Assembly (NCBI GenBank): GCA_041984885.1
Contig: JBHIXH010000010.1
Location: forward strand, 1,697 to 65,696
Source of the DNA: Gammaproteobacteria bacterium
GTDB taxonomy: Bacteria; Pseudomonadota; Gammaproteobacteria; Eutrophobiales; Eutrophobiaceae
Reading direction: 5' to 3'
Length of the DNA: 64,000 bases
Shown: piece after piece, positions 38,560-49,701 of the stretch
How positions within the stretch are numbered: the stretch's first letter is position 1
How the letters are laid out: every line of letters begins with the position of its first letter
The notes under the pieces: model-generated
The model's database searches: none
What the model was told of the DNA's origin: nothing
Seen by the model: the letters and a program-made list of their open reading frames with translations, nothing else
Made by a program: the position numbers and the translations under genes

Positions 38560-39239
38560 GTGATGCACCTGTTATTGCCGTCGATGGGCCCAGTGGTACC
38601 GGCAAGGGTACGTTGTGTGGCTATCTTGCCGAAACCTGGCAATGGCACCTGCTGGATAGCGGTGCGTTGTATCGCATCGTTGCCTGGGCGGCATTGCAGG
38701 ATCAGATTGCGTTGACGGCCGAGACAACATTGGCACAACTGGCAGGCTCGCTGGATGTGCAGTTTTCACCGGCCAAACCCGGTCAGGATGTGCAAATTCA
38801 CTATGCCGGCAACGATATCACGCAGGCAATCCGCAATGAGCAATGTGGCAATGCCGCCTCGCAGGTTGCCGCGTTGCCCGGCGTCCGTGCTGCCTTGCTA
38901 CAGAGGCAGCGAGATTTCCGCAAGCCGCCCGGATTGATCGCCGACGGCCGTGATATGGGTACGGTGGTTTTCCCGGATGCCGAGCTGAAAATCTACCTGA
39001 CCGCGAGTGCCGAGACCCGCGCCAGCAGGCGCTATAAACAGTTGAAGCTAAAGGATAACGGTGTTAACCTCCGCCAGCTTTTGGCCGATATCACCGAGCG
39101 TGACGCAAGAGATATGGAACGAGACGTCTCGCCACTAAAGCCGGCCGAAGATGCGCTGACGGTTGATACGACGAATTGCTCAATACAGCAGGTTGTCGAT
39201 CAGGTGTCCGCGATAGTTCGAGAACGATTCCCGAATTAG
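38556..39239 (+). CDS. cmk: cytidylate kinase
   Basis: GTG start overlapping the aroA stop; '..APVIAVDGPSGTGKGT'. The longer 38475 ORF lies inside aroA and is rejected. Confidence 0.88.
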   Translation: MSDAPVIAVDGPSGTGKGTLCGYLAETWQWHLLDSGALYRIVAWAALQDQIALTAETTLAQLAGSLDVQFSPAKPGQDVQIHYAGNDITQAIRNEQCGNAASQVAALPGVRAALLQRQRDFRKPPGLIADGRDMGTVVFPDAELKIYLTASAETRASRRYKQLKLKDNGVNLRQLLADITERDARDMERDVSPLKPAEDALTVDTTNCSIQQVVDQVSAIVRERFPN

Positions 39240-39333
39240 AACTAGGTGTATGCAGTGAGTGTGTCTGCATTGACAGACTTTTCACTGGCATATTGTGATT
39301 AACGAACCCTAACAGAGTACATCCATTTTCATC

Positions 39334-41001
39334 ATGAGTGAGAGTTTCGCCGAATTATTTGAACAGAGCCAGATAGAACAAAAAATGCGACCCGGTAACA
39401 TAATCAGTGGCCAGGTCGTCGAAGTCAGCCAGGACAAGGTCATTGTCAACGCCGGATTAAAATCAGAAGGCGTCATCCCCATCGATCAATTTTATGATGA
39501 AAACGGCGAGTTGGAAGTCAACATCGGCGACGAAGTTGATGTCGCGCTCGATGTCGTCGAGGACGGCTATGGAGAAACCCGTTTATCGCGCGAGAAGGCC
39601 AAACGCCTCGTCGCCTGGAAAAAACTCGAAGCCGCACATGAGGCCGGCGAAACCGTCACCGGTGTCATTTCCGAGCGGGTCAAAGGCGGTTTCACCGTCG
39701 ATATTGAAAAAGTGCGTGCGTTTCTGCCGGGTTCACTGGTCGATGTGCGTCCGGTCAAGGACCCGAGCTACCTCGAAGGTAAATCACTGGAATTCAAGGT
39801 TATTAAAATCGACGAAAAGCGCAGCAATGTCGTGGTATCCCGTCGCGCCGTTGTCGAAACAGAAAACAGTGCCGATCGCGATGCGTTGCTGGAGAAATTA
39901 TCCGAGGGCGTCGTCGTTAAGGGCGTGGTGAAAAACCTGACCGACTACGGTGCATTCCTCGATCTTGGCGGTATCGACGGTCTGCTGCATATCACTGACA
40001 TGGCCTGGAAACGGGTGAAAAATCCGGCCGACATCGTCAACATCGGCGATGAGATTGATGTCAAAGTGTTAAAATTTGACCGTGAACGCAATCGCGTCTC
40101 GCTCGGCCTGAAACAGATGGGTGAAGACCCATGGGCCGATCTCACCCGTCGTTATCCGGAAGGTTCACGCCTGCATGGTGTGGTGACGAACCTGGCCGAT
40201 TATGGCTGTTTCGTTGAACTGGAAGAAGGCGTTGAGGGACTGGTTCACGTCTCCGAAATGGACTGGACAAACAAGAACGTGCATCCATCGAAGATTGTCC
40301 ACATCGGCCAGGAAGTCGATGTCATCATCCTGGATATCGATGAAGAGCGCCGACGCATTTCGCTCGGCATGAAACAATGTCAGCCGAATCCGTGGGAAGG
40401 TTTTGCCGCCACGCATAACAAGGGTGATCGGGTTACCGGTCAAATCAAGTCGATTACCGATTTCGGTATCTTTATTGGTCTTGATGGCAACATTGACGGC
40501 CTGGTGCATTTGTCTGATATTTCCTGGAATGACGACGGTGAAGAGTCCATCCGTCGCTTCAAGAAGGGTGACGAACTGGAAACGGTTGTCCTTGCCGTTG
40601 ATGCCGAACGCGAGCGTATCTCACTCGGCATCAAGCAGTTGGAAAAAGATCCGTTCTCGGCCTACGTTGCCGAATACACGAAGGGCAGCCTGGTGACAGG
40701 CACCGTCCGCGAGGTCAGTACGAAAGATGCCATCCTCGATCTGGCCGAAGGCGTGGAAGCCACGCTGAAGGCATCAGAAATATCCATCGATAAGCGTGTT
40801 GAAGACGCACGATCCGAGCTGAAAGAGGGTGAGCAACTGGAAGTGAAGATAGTGAATGTGGATCGTAAAAAGCGCACGATAGCGGTCTCGATCAAGGCCA
40901 AAGAATATGACGATGAAGCGGCAGCGGTCGAAGAATACGGCCAGGAAAGTGGTTCATCGGCAAAACTCGGCGATATTCTGAAAGAACATCTGGACAAATA
41001 A
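39334..41001 (+). CDS. rpsA: 30S ribosomal protein S1
   Basis: 555 aa, six S1 repeats. Confidence 0.95.
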   Translation: MSESFAELFEQSQIEQKMRPGNIISGQVVEVSQDKVIVNAGLKSEGVIPIDQFYDENGELEVNIGDEVDVALDVVEDGYGETRLSREKAKRLVAWKKLEAAHEAGETVTGVISERVKGGFTVDIEKVRAFLPGSLVDVRPVKDPSYLEGKSLEFKVIKIDEKRSNVVVSRRAVVETENSADRDALLEKLSEGVVVKGVVKNLTDYGAFLDLGGIDGLLHITDMAWKRVKNPADIVNIGDEIDVKVLKFDRERNRVSLGLKQMGEDPWADLTRRYPEGSRLHGVVTNLADYGCFVELEEGVEGLVHVSEMDWTNKNVHPSKIVHIGQEVDVIILDIDEERRRISLGMKQCQPNPWEGFAATHNKGDRVTGQIKSITDFGIFIGLDGNIDGLVHLSDISWNDDGEESIRRFKKGDELETVVLAVDAERERISLGIKQLEKDPFSAYVAEYTKGSLVTGTVREVSTKDAILDLAEGVEATLKASEISIDKRVEDARSELKEGEQLEVKIVNVDRKKRTIAVSIKAKEYDDEAAAVEEYGQESGSSAKLGDILKEHLDK

Positions 41002-41100
41002 CGGCAGAAAAATGCCATTAAGCCGTTGATTTGACGGCTGAAAACAGAGAGAATACAGAAAAAATATTCACGGAGACGGTTCTCCACCGGGGCTAGATCA

Positions 41101-41415
41101 ATGACCAAGTCTGAACTGATCGATCAGTTGGCAAAACGTCAGTCTCAACTCGCATATAAAGATGTTGAGCTGGCGGTGAAGACGATTCTTGAGCATATGG
41201 CGCAAACTTTGTCGAATGGTGAGCGCATCGAGATCCGCGGGTTTGGCAGTTTTGCCCTGCATTATCGGCCGCCACGTGTCGGTCGCAATCCGAAATCGGG
41301 CGAACCGGTCTCTCTACCCGCCAAACATGTGCCGCATTTCAAGCCCGGTAAGCAACTGCGTGAGCGAGTCGACCTGTCCCGCCACACGGTGCCGACACCC
41401 ATCCCCGCCGACTGA
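41101..41415 (+). CDS. ihfB: integration host factor subunit beta
   Basis: 104 aa, '[11 protein letters not shown]...GFGSF' HU/IHF fold. Confidence 0.92.
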   Translation: MTKSELIDQLAKRQSQLAYKDVELAVKTILEHMAQTLSNGERIEIRGFGSFALHYRPPRVGRNPKSGEPVSLPAKHVPHFKPGKQLRERVDLSRHTVPTPIPAD

Positions 41416-41543
41416 CCTTCCTTTCCGATTTGACCGGCTTGCGGTTGCGATGCGCGCAGGCTGCGCTTATCGTAATCATTCAGAGTGTATGATCGTGGAT
41501 CAGAACACTTCTCTTGGTTAAAACAGGCGAACTGGAGATCCGG

Positions 41544-41840
41544 ATGTTACGCATCGTAATTTTCGTAATCGTAGTCATTGTATTCATACTCGGCCTCGGT
41601 TTTCATTTACAAAATGACCATCTGGTCGAGTTCCGTTTCTATACCGGTGCGGTCGAATATCCGTTATCAGTTTTCCTTGTCCTGGCTTTTATTACTGGCA
41701 CTGTTTGTGGTGTCAGCGCCATGTTGAAACTGGTTATTCAACTGCAAGCGCGAAACCGTAAACTGAAAAAGGAAATGCGATTACGTGAACAGGAAGTCAG
41801 TAATTTACGCTCAATCCCGTACAAACAATTGAACAAGTAA
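41544..41840 (+). CDS. lapA: lipopolysaccharide assembly protein LapA (YciS)
   Basis: Two TM segments plus a short coiled coil, in the conserved ihfB-lapA-lapB context. Start taken at ATG 41544. Confidence 0.7.
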   Translation: MLRIVIFVIVVIVFILGLGFHLQNDHLVEFRFYTGAVEYPLSVFLVLAFITGTVCGVSAMLKLVIQLQARNRKLKKEMRLREQEVSNLRSIPYKQLNK

Positions 41841-43009
41841 TGTTCGATAATTACCTTTTCATCACATTGATCATATTTGTGGCCGTGTTGTCCGGCTGGT
41901 GGCTGGGGCGGCGCCGTTTTAACACCGAATCGGCAAACCAGTTTTCCATGCATCCCGAATACTTCCGTGGTCTGAATTATGTATTAAATGAACAACCGGA
42001 CAAGGCGATTGAAGTGTTTATAAAAATGCTTGAGGTGGACAGCGAGACAGTTGAGACCCACCTGGCCCTGGGCAATCTGTTTCGACGGCGCGGTGAAGTG
42101 GACCGGGCGATTCGCATTCATCAGAACCTGATAGCCAGACCCTCTCTTGGCAAGGAACAGCGTGCTCTGGCGTTACTCGAACTGGGCATGGATTACATGC
42201 GATCCGGGTTGCTCGATCGCGCTGAAAGCCTGTTTATCGAGTTAATAGACATGGGTGTTTACCGCAAGCAGGCGTACCGCGAATTACTCGAGATATATCA
42301 GCAGGAAAAGGACTGGGACAAGGCAATCGAAACTGCACGTAAGCTGGAAAATGTCGCTGCGGAAACCCTGGCTCCGGTCATCGCCCAGTTTTACTGTGAA
42401 AAAGCCGCCGAGCATCTGGAAAAAGGTGAACTGACCCGGTTTAAAGACCAGATAAAAAAGGCGTTGGTCAATGATCCGTTTTGCGTTCGCGCAAACATCA
42501 TGTCTGCAGATCAATTACACAAGGCCGGGCAGCCGGAACAGGCATTAAAACAATACAAACAGATCGAAAAACAGGATATCGATTTCATGTCGGAAGTTAT
42601 CATACCGATGCATCAGTGTTATCAGGATATAAATAAAGTAGACGAGTTTATCGATTATCTTCGTGCTATTACTGACAAGACCGGTTCAATTACGGCCCTG
42701 CTGACACTGGTACGGTTGATCACCGATCGTGATGGTCATGATGAGGCGACGAAGTTTATTTCAACTGAATTAAAGAAACGTCCGTCGGTGCGCGGCGTCG
42801 ATCGGTTGATCGAGTTTGTTCTGTATAGTGCCGAAGGAGAAACCCGCGATAGTCTCATGACGATCAAGGATTTAACCGGTGAATTGTTAAAAAACCGTTC
42901 AGCCTATCGCTGTAATCACTGTGGCTATGAAGCGAAAACACTGCACTGGCAGTGTCCCGGTTGTCGCAGCTGGAGTTCAGTTAAGCCGATATACGGTATC
43001 GGCGGCTAG
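41840..43009 (+). CDS. lapB: lipopolysaccharide assembly protein LapB (YciM), TPR plus rubredoxin-like C-terminus
   Basis: 389 aa with an N-terminal TM, TPR repeats, and a C-terminal 'CNHCGYE...CPGC' zinc finger. Confidence 0.85.
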   Translation: MFDNYLFITLIIFVAVLSGWWLGRRRFNTESANQFSMHPEYFRGLNYVLNEQPDKAIEVFIKMLEVDSETVETHLALGNLFRRRGEVDRAIRIHQNLIARPSLGKEQRALALLELGMDYMRSGLLDRAESLFIELIDMGVYRKQAYRELLEIYQQEKDWDKAIETARKLENVAAETLAPVIAQFYCEKAAEHLEKGELTRFKDQIKKALVNDPFCVRANIMSADQLHKAGQPEQALKQYKQIEKQDIDFMSEVIIPMHQCYQDINKVDEFIDYLRAITDKTGSITALLTLVRLITDRDGHDEATKFISTELKKRPSVRGVDRLIEFVLYSAEGETRDSLMTIKDLTGELLKNRSAYRCNHCGYEAKTLHWQCPGCRSWSSVKPIYGIGG

Positions 43010-43112
43010 AAAGTTTTCCGCGCGTTTTTACTGCAGTATGTAGCCGATATAAGACTGGTTTGATTCCGTAACACTTTACACTACTTTTTCCCAACGCTTT
43101 TCTGATTAATCC

Positions 43113-46100
43113 ATGCCTGATCCATCGTATCAAAGTCCGTTTCAACCTGTCCTGCCGTCCGGTCAGGATCAACGAAAATACTGGGGCAGGCTTTACGGTA
43201 GCAGTAAGGCGTTGACGATCACACAAGCGGCGTCCGAACTGGCGACGCCACTCGTTGTTTTAACCACCGATACGCTGGCAGCAAACCGGTTGTATGAAGA
43301 GATACGTTTTTATCTTGCAGAAAATCCGGCAATCGAACTGTTGTCATTTCCGGACTGGGAAACACTGCCGTACGATGTTTACTCGCCCTATCAGGACATT
43401 GTCTCGGAACGGCTGGCGACACTGGTGCGTTTATCGACGATCGGCCAAGCGATTCTGGTCGTGCCGGTAACGACAGTAATGCATCAGTTGATGCCACAGC
43501 AGTATCTGCAGACACACAGCATGTCGCTGAAAACCGGTCAGACTCTGGAGACAGAGGCATTCCGACGACAGTTGCACGACAATGGCTATCACATTGGTTC
43601 GCAGGTAATCGAACACGGTGAAGCTGCGTTTCGTGGTTCATTGATTGACTTGTATCCGATGGGTGTGAATGAACCTTATCGCATCGATCTGTTTGACAAC
43701 GAGATCGATTCTATTCGTACGTTTGATCCTGAAACCCAACGTTCTACCGGAACGGTCGAGTCGGTAGACATACTTCCGGCAAGGGAGGTAGCCCTGACCG
43801 ATGATGGCATAGCCAGTTTTCGCAGCGCCTGGCGGGCGCGTTTCCCGGGTAATCCAAACGACTGTCCGATCTATCGTGACGTCAGCCAGGGGCTGGCACC
43901 GAATGGCATTGAGTATTACCTGCCACTGTTTTTTAACGAAACCGGCACACTGTTTGACTATCTGCCGGATGACAGTCACCTGGTGCTGGACGAATCAATT
44001 GAAGAGGCCGTTGACACATTCTGGCAGGAAGCCGAACAACGATATGAATCCTACCGACACGATATCGAGCGCCCGGTGGTAAAACCGGCTGAACTGTTTC
44101 TCGACCCAAACCGGTTTTTTACGCGGATCAAACCGTTTGCAAGGATTTATTGCTCGCACATGGAACAGGCCGGGCGCAATGCTGCGATCAATTTTGCCAG
44201 TACAACCCCGGTACGGTTTGCCATCGACTCACGGGCGGAAAATCCGCTGGCCGTATTTCAACGCTATCTGGATGAATTTGACGGGCGCATTTTGATCGTG
44301 GCGGAAACACTGGGACGGCGAGAAACATTGCTGGAGCTGTTCAGTCGGCATCAACTGAAACCACAACTGGTAGATAACTGGTCCGGGTTTATTCACTCGG
44401 ATATTGAATTTGGCCTGACGGTGTCCCTGCTTGAACAGGGCACACAGATCGATGATCCGGCAATCGCGGTTATCACGGAAAACCAGTTGTTCGGTGAGCG
44501 CGTCATGCAACGTCGCATGCGCAAGCGCAAGCAGATCGATACCGAAGCGGTGGTCCGTAACCTGACCGAGCTGAAACCGGGGGCACCCGTCGTGCATGAG
44601 CAGCATGGTGTTGGACGCTATCAGGGATTGATCATGCTGGAAGCCGGCAGTATCCCGGCCGAATACATCGCGCTCGAATACGCCGATAGCGACAGGTTAT
44701 ATGTGCCCGTCGCCGCGTTGCAGCTGATCAGTCGTTACACCGGTGTCGATCCGGAGCATGCGCCATTACACCGGCTTGGTAGCGGGCAATGGGAAAAGGC
44801 CCGACGTAAGGCGGCAGAGAAAGTCTTTGATGTCGCTGCCGAATTGCTGGATGTCCAGGCACAGCGTGCCGCCCGCAAGGGTCACAGTTTTGATTTTGCC
44901 ACCGATGCCTACCGCAGCTTTATCCAGGGTTTTCCGTTTGAAGAAACACCGGGGCAGGCGGAGGCTATCGAGTCGGTGGTGGCTGACATGCAATCGGATA
45001 AACCGATGGACCGCTTGATCTGCGGTGATGCCGGTTTTGGTAAAACCGAAGTGGCATTACGCGCTGCGTTTATCGCGGTCGACAATGGCAAACAGGTGGT
45101 GTTGCTGGTGCCAACCACGTTGCTGGCGCAACAACATTATGAAAATTTTCGTGATCGCTTCGCCGACTGGCCGGTCAAGGTGGAACTGCTATCACGCTTT
45201 CGCAATTCCCGGGAACAAAATACGGTTACGGCCGGCCTTGAATCCGGTGAGGTCGACATTGTTATCGGTACACACAAGTTGATTCGGGGGGCGATTAATT
45301 ATGCCCGGGTGGGTCTTGTCATTATCGACGAGGAACATCGCTTTGGTGTCCGACAGAAAGAAAAACTGAAGACACTGCGCGCCGAGGTTGATGTGCTGAC
45401 GTTAACGGCAACACCGATTCCGCGTACATTGAATATGGCGTTATCGAATATTCGTGAGATGTCGATTATCTCGACGCCACCATCGCGCCGCCTGGCAGTG
45501 AAGACATTCGTGCGCGAGTGGAATGAGCCCTTATTGAAAGAGGCCATTCAGCGTGAGATCAAGCGCGGGGGGCAGGTGTTCTTTTTACACAATCGTGTCG
45601 ACAGCATCGATCAGTGCGCGGAAAAAATAAGAAAGTTAATGCCGGAGGCACGTCTGCAGGTTGCCCATGGCCAGATGCCGGAAAAACAACTCGAACAGGT
45701 CATGCTCGATTTCTATCATCGCCGGTTCAACATACTGGTGTGTACGACAATCATCGAGACTGGTATCGACGTACCAAGCGCCAACACGATCATTATTGAT
45801 CGGGCCGACAAGTTTGGCCTGGCCCAGTTATACCAGTTGCGCGGTCGGGTGGGCCGTTCACATCATCGGGCCTATGCCTATCTGATCGTGCCGCCGAAAA
45901 AGGCGATGACACGTGACGCGTTAAAACGCCTTGAGGCCATCGAATCGCTGGAAGACCTGGGCATCGGTTTTACGCTGGCCACGCACGATCTGGAGATCCG
46001 TGGTTCCGGTGAATTACTCGGTGAGGAGCAGAGCGGCCAGATACAACAGGTCGGGTTTGGATTGTACATGGACATGCTGGAGCGGGCCGTACGCTCCCTG

Positions 46101-46589
46101 AAAACGGGGCAGACCCGATCGCTGGATATGCCACTCGACGCGGGCGCCGAGATCAACCTGCATCTGCCGGCTCTGATCCCGGAGGACTACCTGCCGGATG
46201 TGCACAATCGGTTGATTCTGTACAAGCGCATTGCCAGTGCTGGTTCCGAAACCGAACTGGAAGATTTACGTGCCGAGATGATCGATCGCTTCGGTTTGTT
46301 GCCGGATGCCGTGAAAAACCTGTTCCAGGTTACCTCGTTAAAACTTTGCTACACGCCGATCGGTATCCGCAAGATCGATGTCGGTCAGAAAGGCGGGCGT
46401 ATCGAGTTTGCCAAACAAACACAGTTAAACCCGGAGGGCATCATCGAGCTAATCCAGACGCGACCGCATGAATTCCGGCTTGATGGTCAGCAAAAACTAC
46501 GCATACTCGCCGAGCTCCCGGAGCCGCAACATCGTTTTGAAATTCTGCAGGAGGTCCATGCTGCCATTCGAATCGAATCTGCAGCTTGA
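43113..46589 (+). CDS. mfd: transcription-repair coupling factor
   Basis: 1158 aa. The helicase motifs 'GDAGFGKTEVA' and 'DEEHRFGV', plus the TRG motif region, are present. Confidence 0.95.
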   Translation: MPDPSYQSPFQPVLPSGQDQRKYWGRLYGSSKALTITQAASELATPLVVLTTDTLAANRLYEEIRFYLAENPAIELLSFPDWETLPYDVYSPYQDIVSERLATLVRLSTIGQAILVVPVTTVMHQLMPQQYLQTHSMSLKTGQTLETEAFRRQLHDNGYHIGSQVIEHGEAAFRGSLIDLYPMGVNEPYRIDLFDNEIDSIRTFDPETQRSTGTVESVDILPAREVALTDDGIASFRSAWRARFPGNPNDCPIYRDVSQGLAPNGIEYYLPLFFNETGTLFDYLPDDSHLVLDESIEEAVDTFWQEAEQRYESYRHDIERPVVKPAELFLDPNRFFTRIKPFARIYCSHMEQAGRNAAINFASTTPVRFAIDSRAENPLAVFQRYLDEFDGRILIVAETLGRRETLLELFSRHQLKPQLVDNWSGFIHSDIEFGLTVSLLEQGTQIDDPAIAVITENQLFGERVMQRRMRKRKQIDTEAVVRNLTELKPGAPVVHEQHGVGRYQGLIMLEAGSIPAEYIALEYADSDRLYVPVAALQLISRYTGVDPEHAPLHRLGSGQWEKARRKAAEKVFDVAAELLDVQAQRAARKGHSFDFATDAYRSFIQGFPFEETPGQAEAIESVVADMQSDKPMDRLICGDAGFGKTEVALRAAFIAVDNGKQVVLLVPTTLLAQQHYENFRDRFADWPVKVELLSRFRNSREQNTVTAGLESGEVDIVIGTHKLIRGAINYARVGLVIIDEEHRFGVRQKEKLKTLRAEVDVLTLTATPIPRTLNMALSNIREMSIISTPPSRRLAVKTFVREWNEPLLKEAIQREIKRGGQVFFLHNRVDSIDQCAEKIRKLMPEARLQVAHGQMPEKQLEQVMLDFYHRRFNILVCTTIIETGIDVPSANTIIIDRADKFGLAQLYQLRGRVGRSHHRAYAYLIVPPKKAMTRDALKRLEAIESLEDLGIGFTLATHDLEIRGSGELLGEEQSGQIQQVGFGLYMDMLERAVRSLKTGQTRSLDMPLDAGAEINLHLPALIPEDYLPDVHNRLILYKRIASAGSETELEDLRAEMIDRFGLLPDAVKNLFQVTSLKLCYTPIGIRKIDVGQKGGRIEFAKQTQLNPEGIIELIQTRPHEFRLDGQQKLRILAELPEPQHRFEILQEVHAAIRIESAA

Positions 46590-46672
46590 TCGAATTAAAT
46601 ATGGAACATCCCGACCAGTATGATATCTGTTATGTTAATGTTCAGTACCGAAATCGGGTTAAATGAAACAAG

Positions 46673-47320
46673 ATGCAGTTCGCCAACGTTTTAAAATCTC
46701 TTTTTTACGCAGCAATATTACTTTTTAGCAGTGCGGTACAGGCAGCCCCCTGGTACCGCGTCGAGGTCATCCTGTTTGAGCATCTGTATTCAGATGGAAA
46801 CGGTGAGACCTGGGACAAGTTGCCCGGTTTGCCGGAAAAAGATCGCCTGATTACCGTCGGCGAAACCGGGGACGATGGCGGATATTTGTCCATTGTCGAA
46901 GGCAAGCGCCGGCTCGCCGGAATTTACTCGGCATTGCGTTTCTCGAAACAATACCGCCCGATTCTGCACATGGCCTGGCAGCAGCCGGGACTCGGTGCCT
47001 CGCGTGCGCGCAATGTGCAGATACGCAAGATCGACAGTGTCATTGTCGATAACGGCGTTGAAGTCCCGATCCTCAAGGCCGATGGCGTGGTCAAAATTCG
47101 CAGCACACGGCTGCTGCATGTCGACGTCGATCTGGCGTATTTTTTCCAGCCGGTGTCCGAGACCGAGTTGCTGGCGGATATTGCAGCCGATGATCCGGCC
47201 AATCCGCTGCGTTATGCCCGCTTGAAGGAGTCACGCAAGATCAAGTTGAACGAGGTGCATTACTTCGACCATCCCCTGTTTGGAGCCTTGATCCAGGTAA
47301 GTCGCCTGGCTACGGAGTAA
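46673..47320 (+). CDS. exported hypothetical protein, possibly CsiV-family peptidoglycan-associated
   Basis: 215 aa with a signal peptide. The mfd-adjacent position matches the Vibrio csiV context; the family call is from memory only. Confidence 0.4.
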   Translation: MQFANVLKSLFYAAILLFSSAVQAAPWYRVEVILFEHLYSDGNGETWDKLPGLPEKDRLITVGETGDDGGYLSIVEGKRRLAGIYSALRFSKQYRPILHMAWQQPGLGASRARNVQIRKIDSVIVDNGVEVPILKADGVVKIRSTRLLHVDVDLAYFFQPVSETELLADIAADDPANPLRYARLKESRKIKLNEVHYFDHPLFGALIQVSRLATE

Positions 47321-47326
47321 GATCGT

Positions 47327-47962
47327 TCAGTTCACACAGAACCGTTGCGGCACCAGCCTCACCCACAACTCTGTCGTGTCATAATTTCGGTCACGGGTCA
47401 CGGCGAACACGTGATTGGTCATGCCGAGACGACTCATTGTGAACTTGATTTCATGCGCGGTCAGTTGATTGGCCACATTAGATGGTGTCGTGATCCGTCT
47501 CTGGTAGACATCATCGAAATAATCAGGCTGGTATTCGTTCAATTCATTTGTCAGATGCGAAGGCGAAATGCCGGTTACTTCGACGGTGGCTGGCGAACCT
47601 GCGCCCGCATCATAAAATTTGGCATAGGTAATGTTCAGACCATCCGGGTCCGAGGCAATGACCGTAAAACGAAACGGCGGTAAGTGCGTCGAGTTGTATG
47701 CCGTCGGGTCGGGAGTTAGACCCGGCAGATCGGTTCGATAAATACCGGCCTCCCAGGCCACGATGTCGCTGCCAATAGCGGTTCCTGCAGCGCAGCCTGT
47801 GTCGACGTCACCGGGTCCGCTGGTTGCTACCAGCCGATCCTGACCGGACTCGTCTTGCAGAAAAATACTGAGTAACGGCGGCTGATTGTTATTGCCGGGC
47901 GCGTCCGGCTCACAGGCAAAAAGCGGAACCAGCAGGACCAGGATAAGAGAGGTTCGCAACAT
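47327..47962 (-). CDS. hypothetical lipoprotein
   Basis: 211 aa with the signal peptide and lipobox 'LVPLFAC'. No family recognised. Confidence 0.5.
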   Translation of the reverse strand: MLRTSLILVLLVPLFACEPDAPGNNNQPPLLSIFLQDESGQDRLVATSGPGDVDTGCAAGTAIGSDIVAWEAGIYRTDLPGLTPDPTAYNSTHLPPFRFTVIASDPDGLNITYAKFYDAGAGSPATVEVTGISPSHLTNELNEYQPDYFDDVYQRRITTPSNVANQLTAHEIKFTMSRLGMTNHVFAVTRDRNYDTTELWVRLVPQRFCVN

Positions 47963-48254
47963 GAGTGCCTTCCTGTACTCGATTCAGGACAGGTTAGCCG
48001 AATGCTGCTGGTTGTTCCAGACGAAGTGATGCTGATCCCGGTATGAAGTCTATTGGCCAGATCCGAACATTTGACTAGACGATGCTGATCGTCTACTTTC
48101 TTTATCAACTTGATGCGCCGATTTGAAATCAGCTTGCGGGCGCTTTAAAAATACCGCTAAAGAGAGGCCTGCTTTAGCTCAAGCTGTTGCGGGTTTTTTT
48201 ATGTCTGCCATTCCCGCCATCAAATTTTCAGGTCAATTACCGGAGAACAACGAT

Positions 48255-49439
48255 ATGAGTCAATCTGAGCCGGATCAACTCCAGTCACAGACATTGGCCG
48301 TGCGCGCGGGTACCGAACGTACGATGCAGGGCGAGCATTCCGAACCGATCTACCCCACATCCAGTTTTGTCTTTGCCTCGGCCGCGCAGGCGGCGGCACG
48401 CTTCAAGGGCGATGAACCTGGCAATATCTATTCGCGTTTCACGAACCCGACCGTCCGTGCGTTCGAGCAACGACTGGCCGCGATGGAAGGCGGCGAGCGT
48501 TGTATTGCCACATCATCCGGTATGAGTGCGATTCTCAGCACCTGTCTGGGTTTGTTGAAAAGTGGTGATCACATCGTTGCCTCACGCAGTATATTCGGCA
48601 CAACCGTTGGCCTGTTCGGTACGTTGCTGCCAAAGTTCGGCATCGAAACGACGTTTGTCGACCTGACCGATCCGCATGCCTGGGAAGCGGCCATAACCGC
48701 GCGGACAAAATTACTGTTCCTCGAAACACCTTCAAACCCGCTGACCGAGGTGGCCGACATCCGCCAGCTGGCCGACCTTGCCCATTCGAAAAACTGCCTG
48801 CTCGTCGTCGATAATTGTTTTTGTACGCCGGCGTTGCAGCTACCGTTTCAACTGGGTGCCGACCTGGTCATTCATTCGGCGACCAAATATCTTGATGGCC
48901 AAGGACGCTGTATCGGTGGTGCCGTCGTCGGCCCGGAGTCCCTTCTCGGTGAGGACATCTTCGGATTTCTGCGCACGGCCGGTACCAGCATGAGCCCGTT
49001 TAACGCCTGGGTGTTTTTGAAGGGGCTGGAGACGCTGAATATCCGCATGCGTGCACATTGTGATAATGCGACCGTCATGGCCGAATGGTTATCGCAACAG
49101 GCCGGCGTGGAACGCGTTTACTATCCCGGTCTGAGCGACCACGCCGAGCACGAACTGGCAAAAAGGCAACAGTCCGGGTTCGGCGGCATTGTCAGTTTTA
49201 CCGTCGCCGGTGGCCAGCAGGCCGCCTGGAAACTGATTGATCAGACGAAGATTTTTTCGATCACGGCAAACCTGGGTGATACGAAGAGCACGATCACGCA
49301 TCCTGCGACGACGACGCATCACAAGCTGACGGACGAACAACGCGAGCAGTCTGGCATCGCACCAGGCCTGATTCGGCTCTCGATCGGGCTCGAGCATCCC
49401 GCGGACCTGCAGGCCGATCTGGCACAGGGACTGGCCTAA
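48255..49439 (+). CDS. metZ: O-succinylhomoserine sulfhydrylase (Cys/Met-metabolism PLP enzyme)
   Basis: Start at ATG 48255 with the RBS 'ggagaa'. PLP fold with the lysine region 'HSATKYLDGQG'. Confidence 0.8.
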   Translation: MSQSEPDQLQSQTLAVRAGTERTMQGEHSEPIYPTSSFVFASAAQAAARFKGDEPGNIYSRFTNPTVRAFEQRLAAMEGGERCIATSSGMSAILSTCLGLLKSGDHIVASRSIFGTTVGLFGTLLPKFGIETTFVDLTDPHAWEAAITARTKLLFLETPSNPLTEVADIRQLADLAHSKNCLLVVDNCFCTPALQLPFQLGADLVIHSATKYLDGQGRCIGGAVVGPESLLGEDIFGFLRTAGTSMSPFNAWVFLKGLETLNIRMRAHCDNATVMAEWLSQQAGVERVYYPGLSDHAEHELAKRQQSGFGGIVSFTVAGGQQAAWKLIDQTKIFSITANLGDTKSTITHPATTTHHKLTDEQREQSGIAPGLIRLSIGLEHPADLQADLAQGLA

Positions 49440-49616
49440 AACCCGGTAAAACGTGCTTCCAGAAAACTCGTTTTGCCTGATCACGCCCCAGCGATTAGAA
49501 TCGTCAGGCTTGAAATCTAGAACGACGTTGTATATTGTGCACTGCACAAGAATATTAGAATAAAAACCGGGCACTGTCAGAGGCCGGACTCTATAAAGAC
49601 TTTCAGAATTTCAAAA

Positions 49617-49648
49617 TCAGGATATCCATGTCCTGGTTTTTTTTAGTC
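49617..49648 (+). terminator. hairpin plus T8 (terminator or attenuator) between metZ and sga
   Basis: CAGGAtatccatgTCCTGgtttttttt: a 5-bp stem with an 8-nt loop and a T8 tract. Confidence 0.45.
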
Positions 49649-49701
49649 GTTCTTACTTATTCGTAATTTTTACCAATCAAACCAGAAACTGGAGACTAGC
49701 T

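Noticed and set aside
48130-48210. A hairpin terminator just upstream of metZ, formed by 'cagcttgcggg' and 'caagctgttgcggg' followed by T7.
   Set aside because: The two elements are direct, not inverted, repeats, so they cannot form a stem. The T-run alone is not a terminator.
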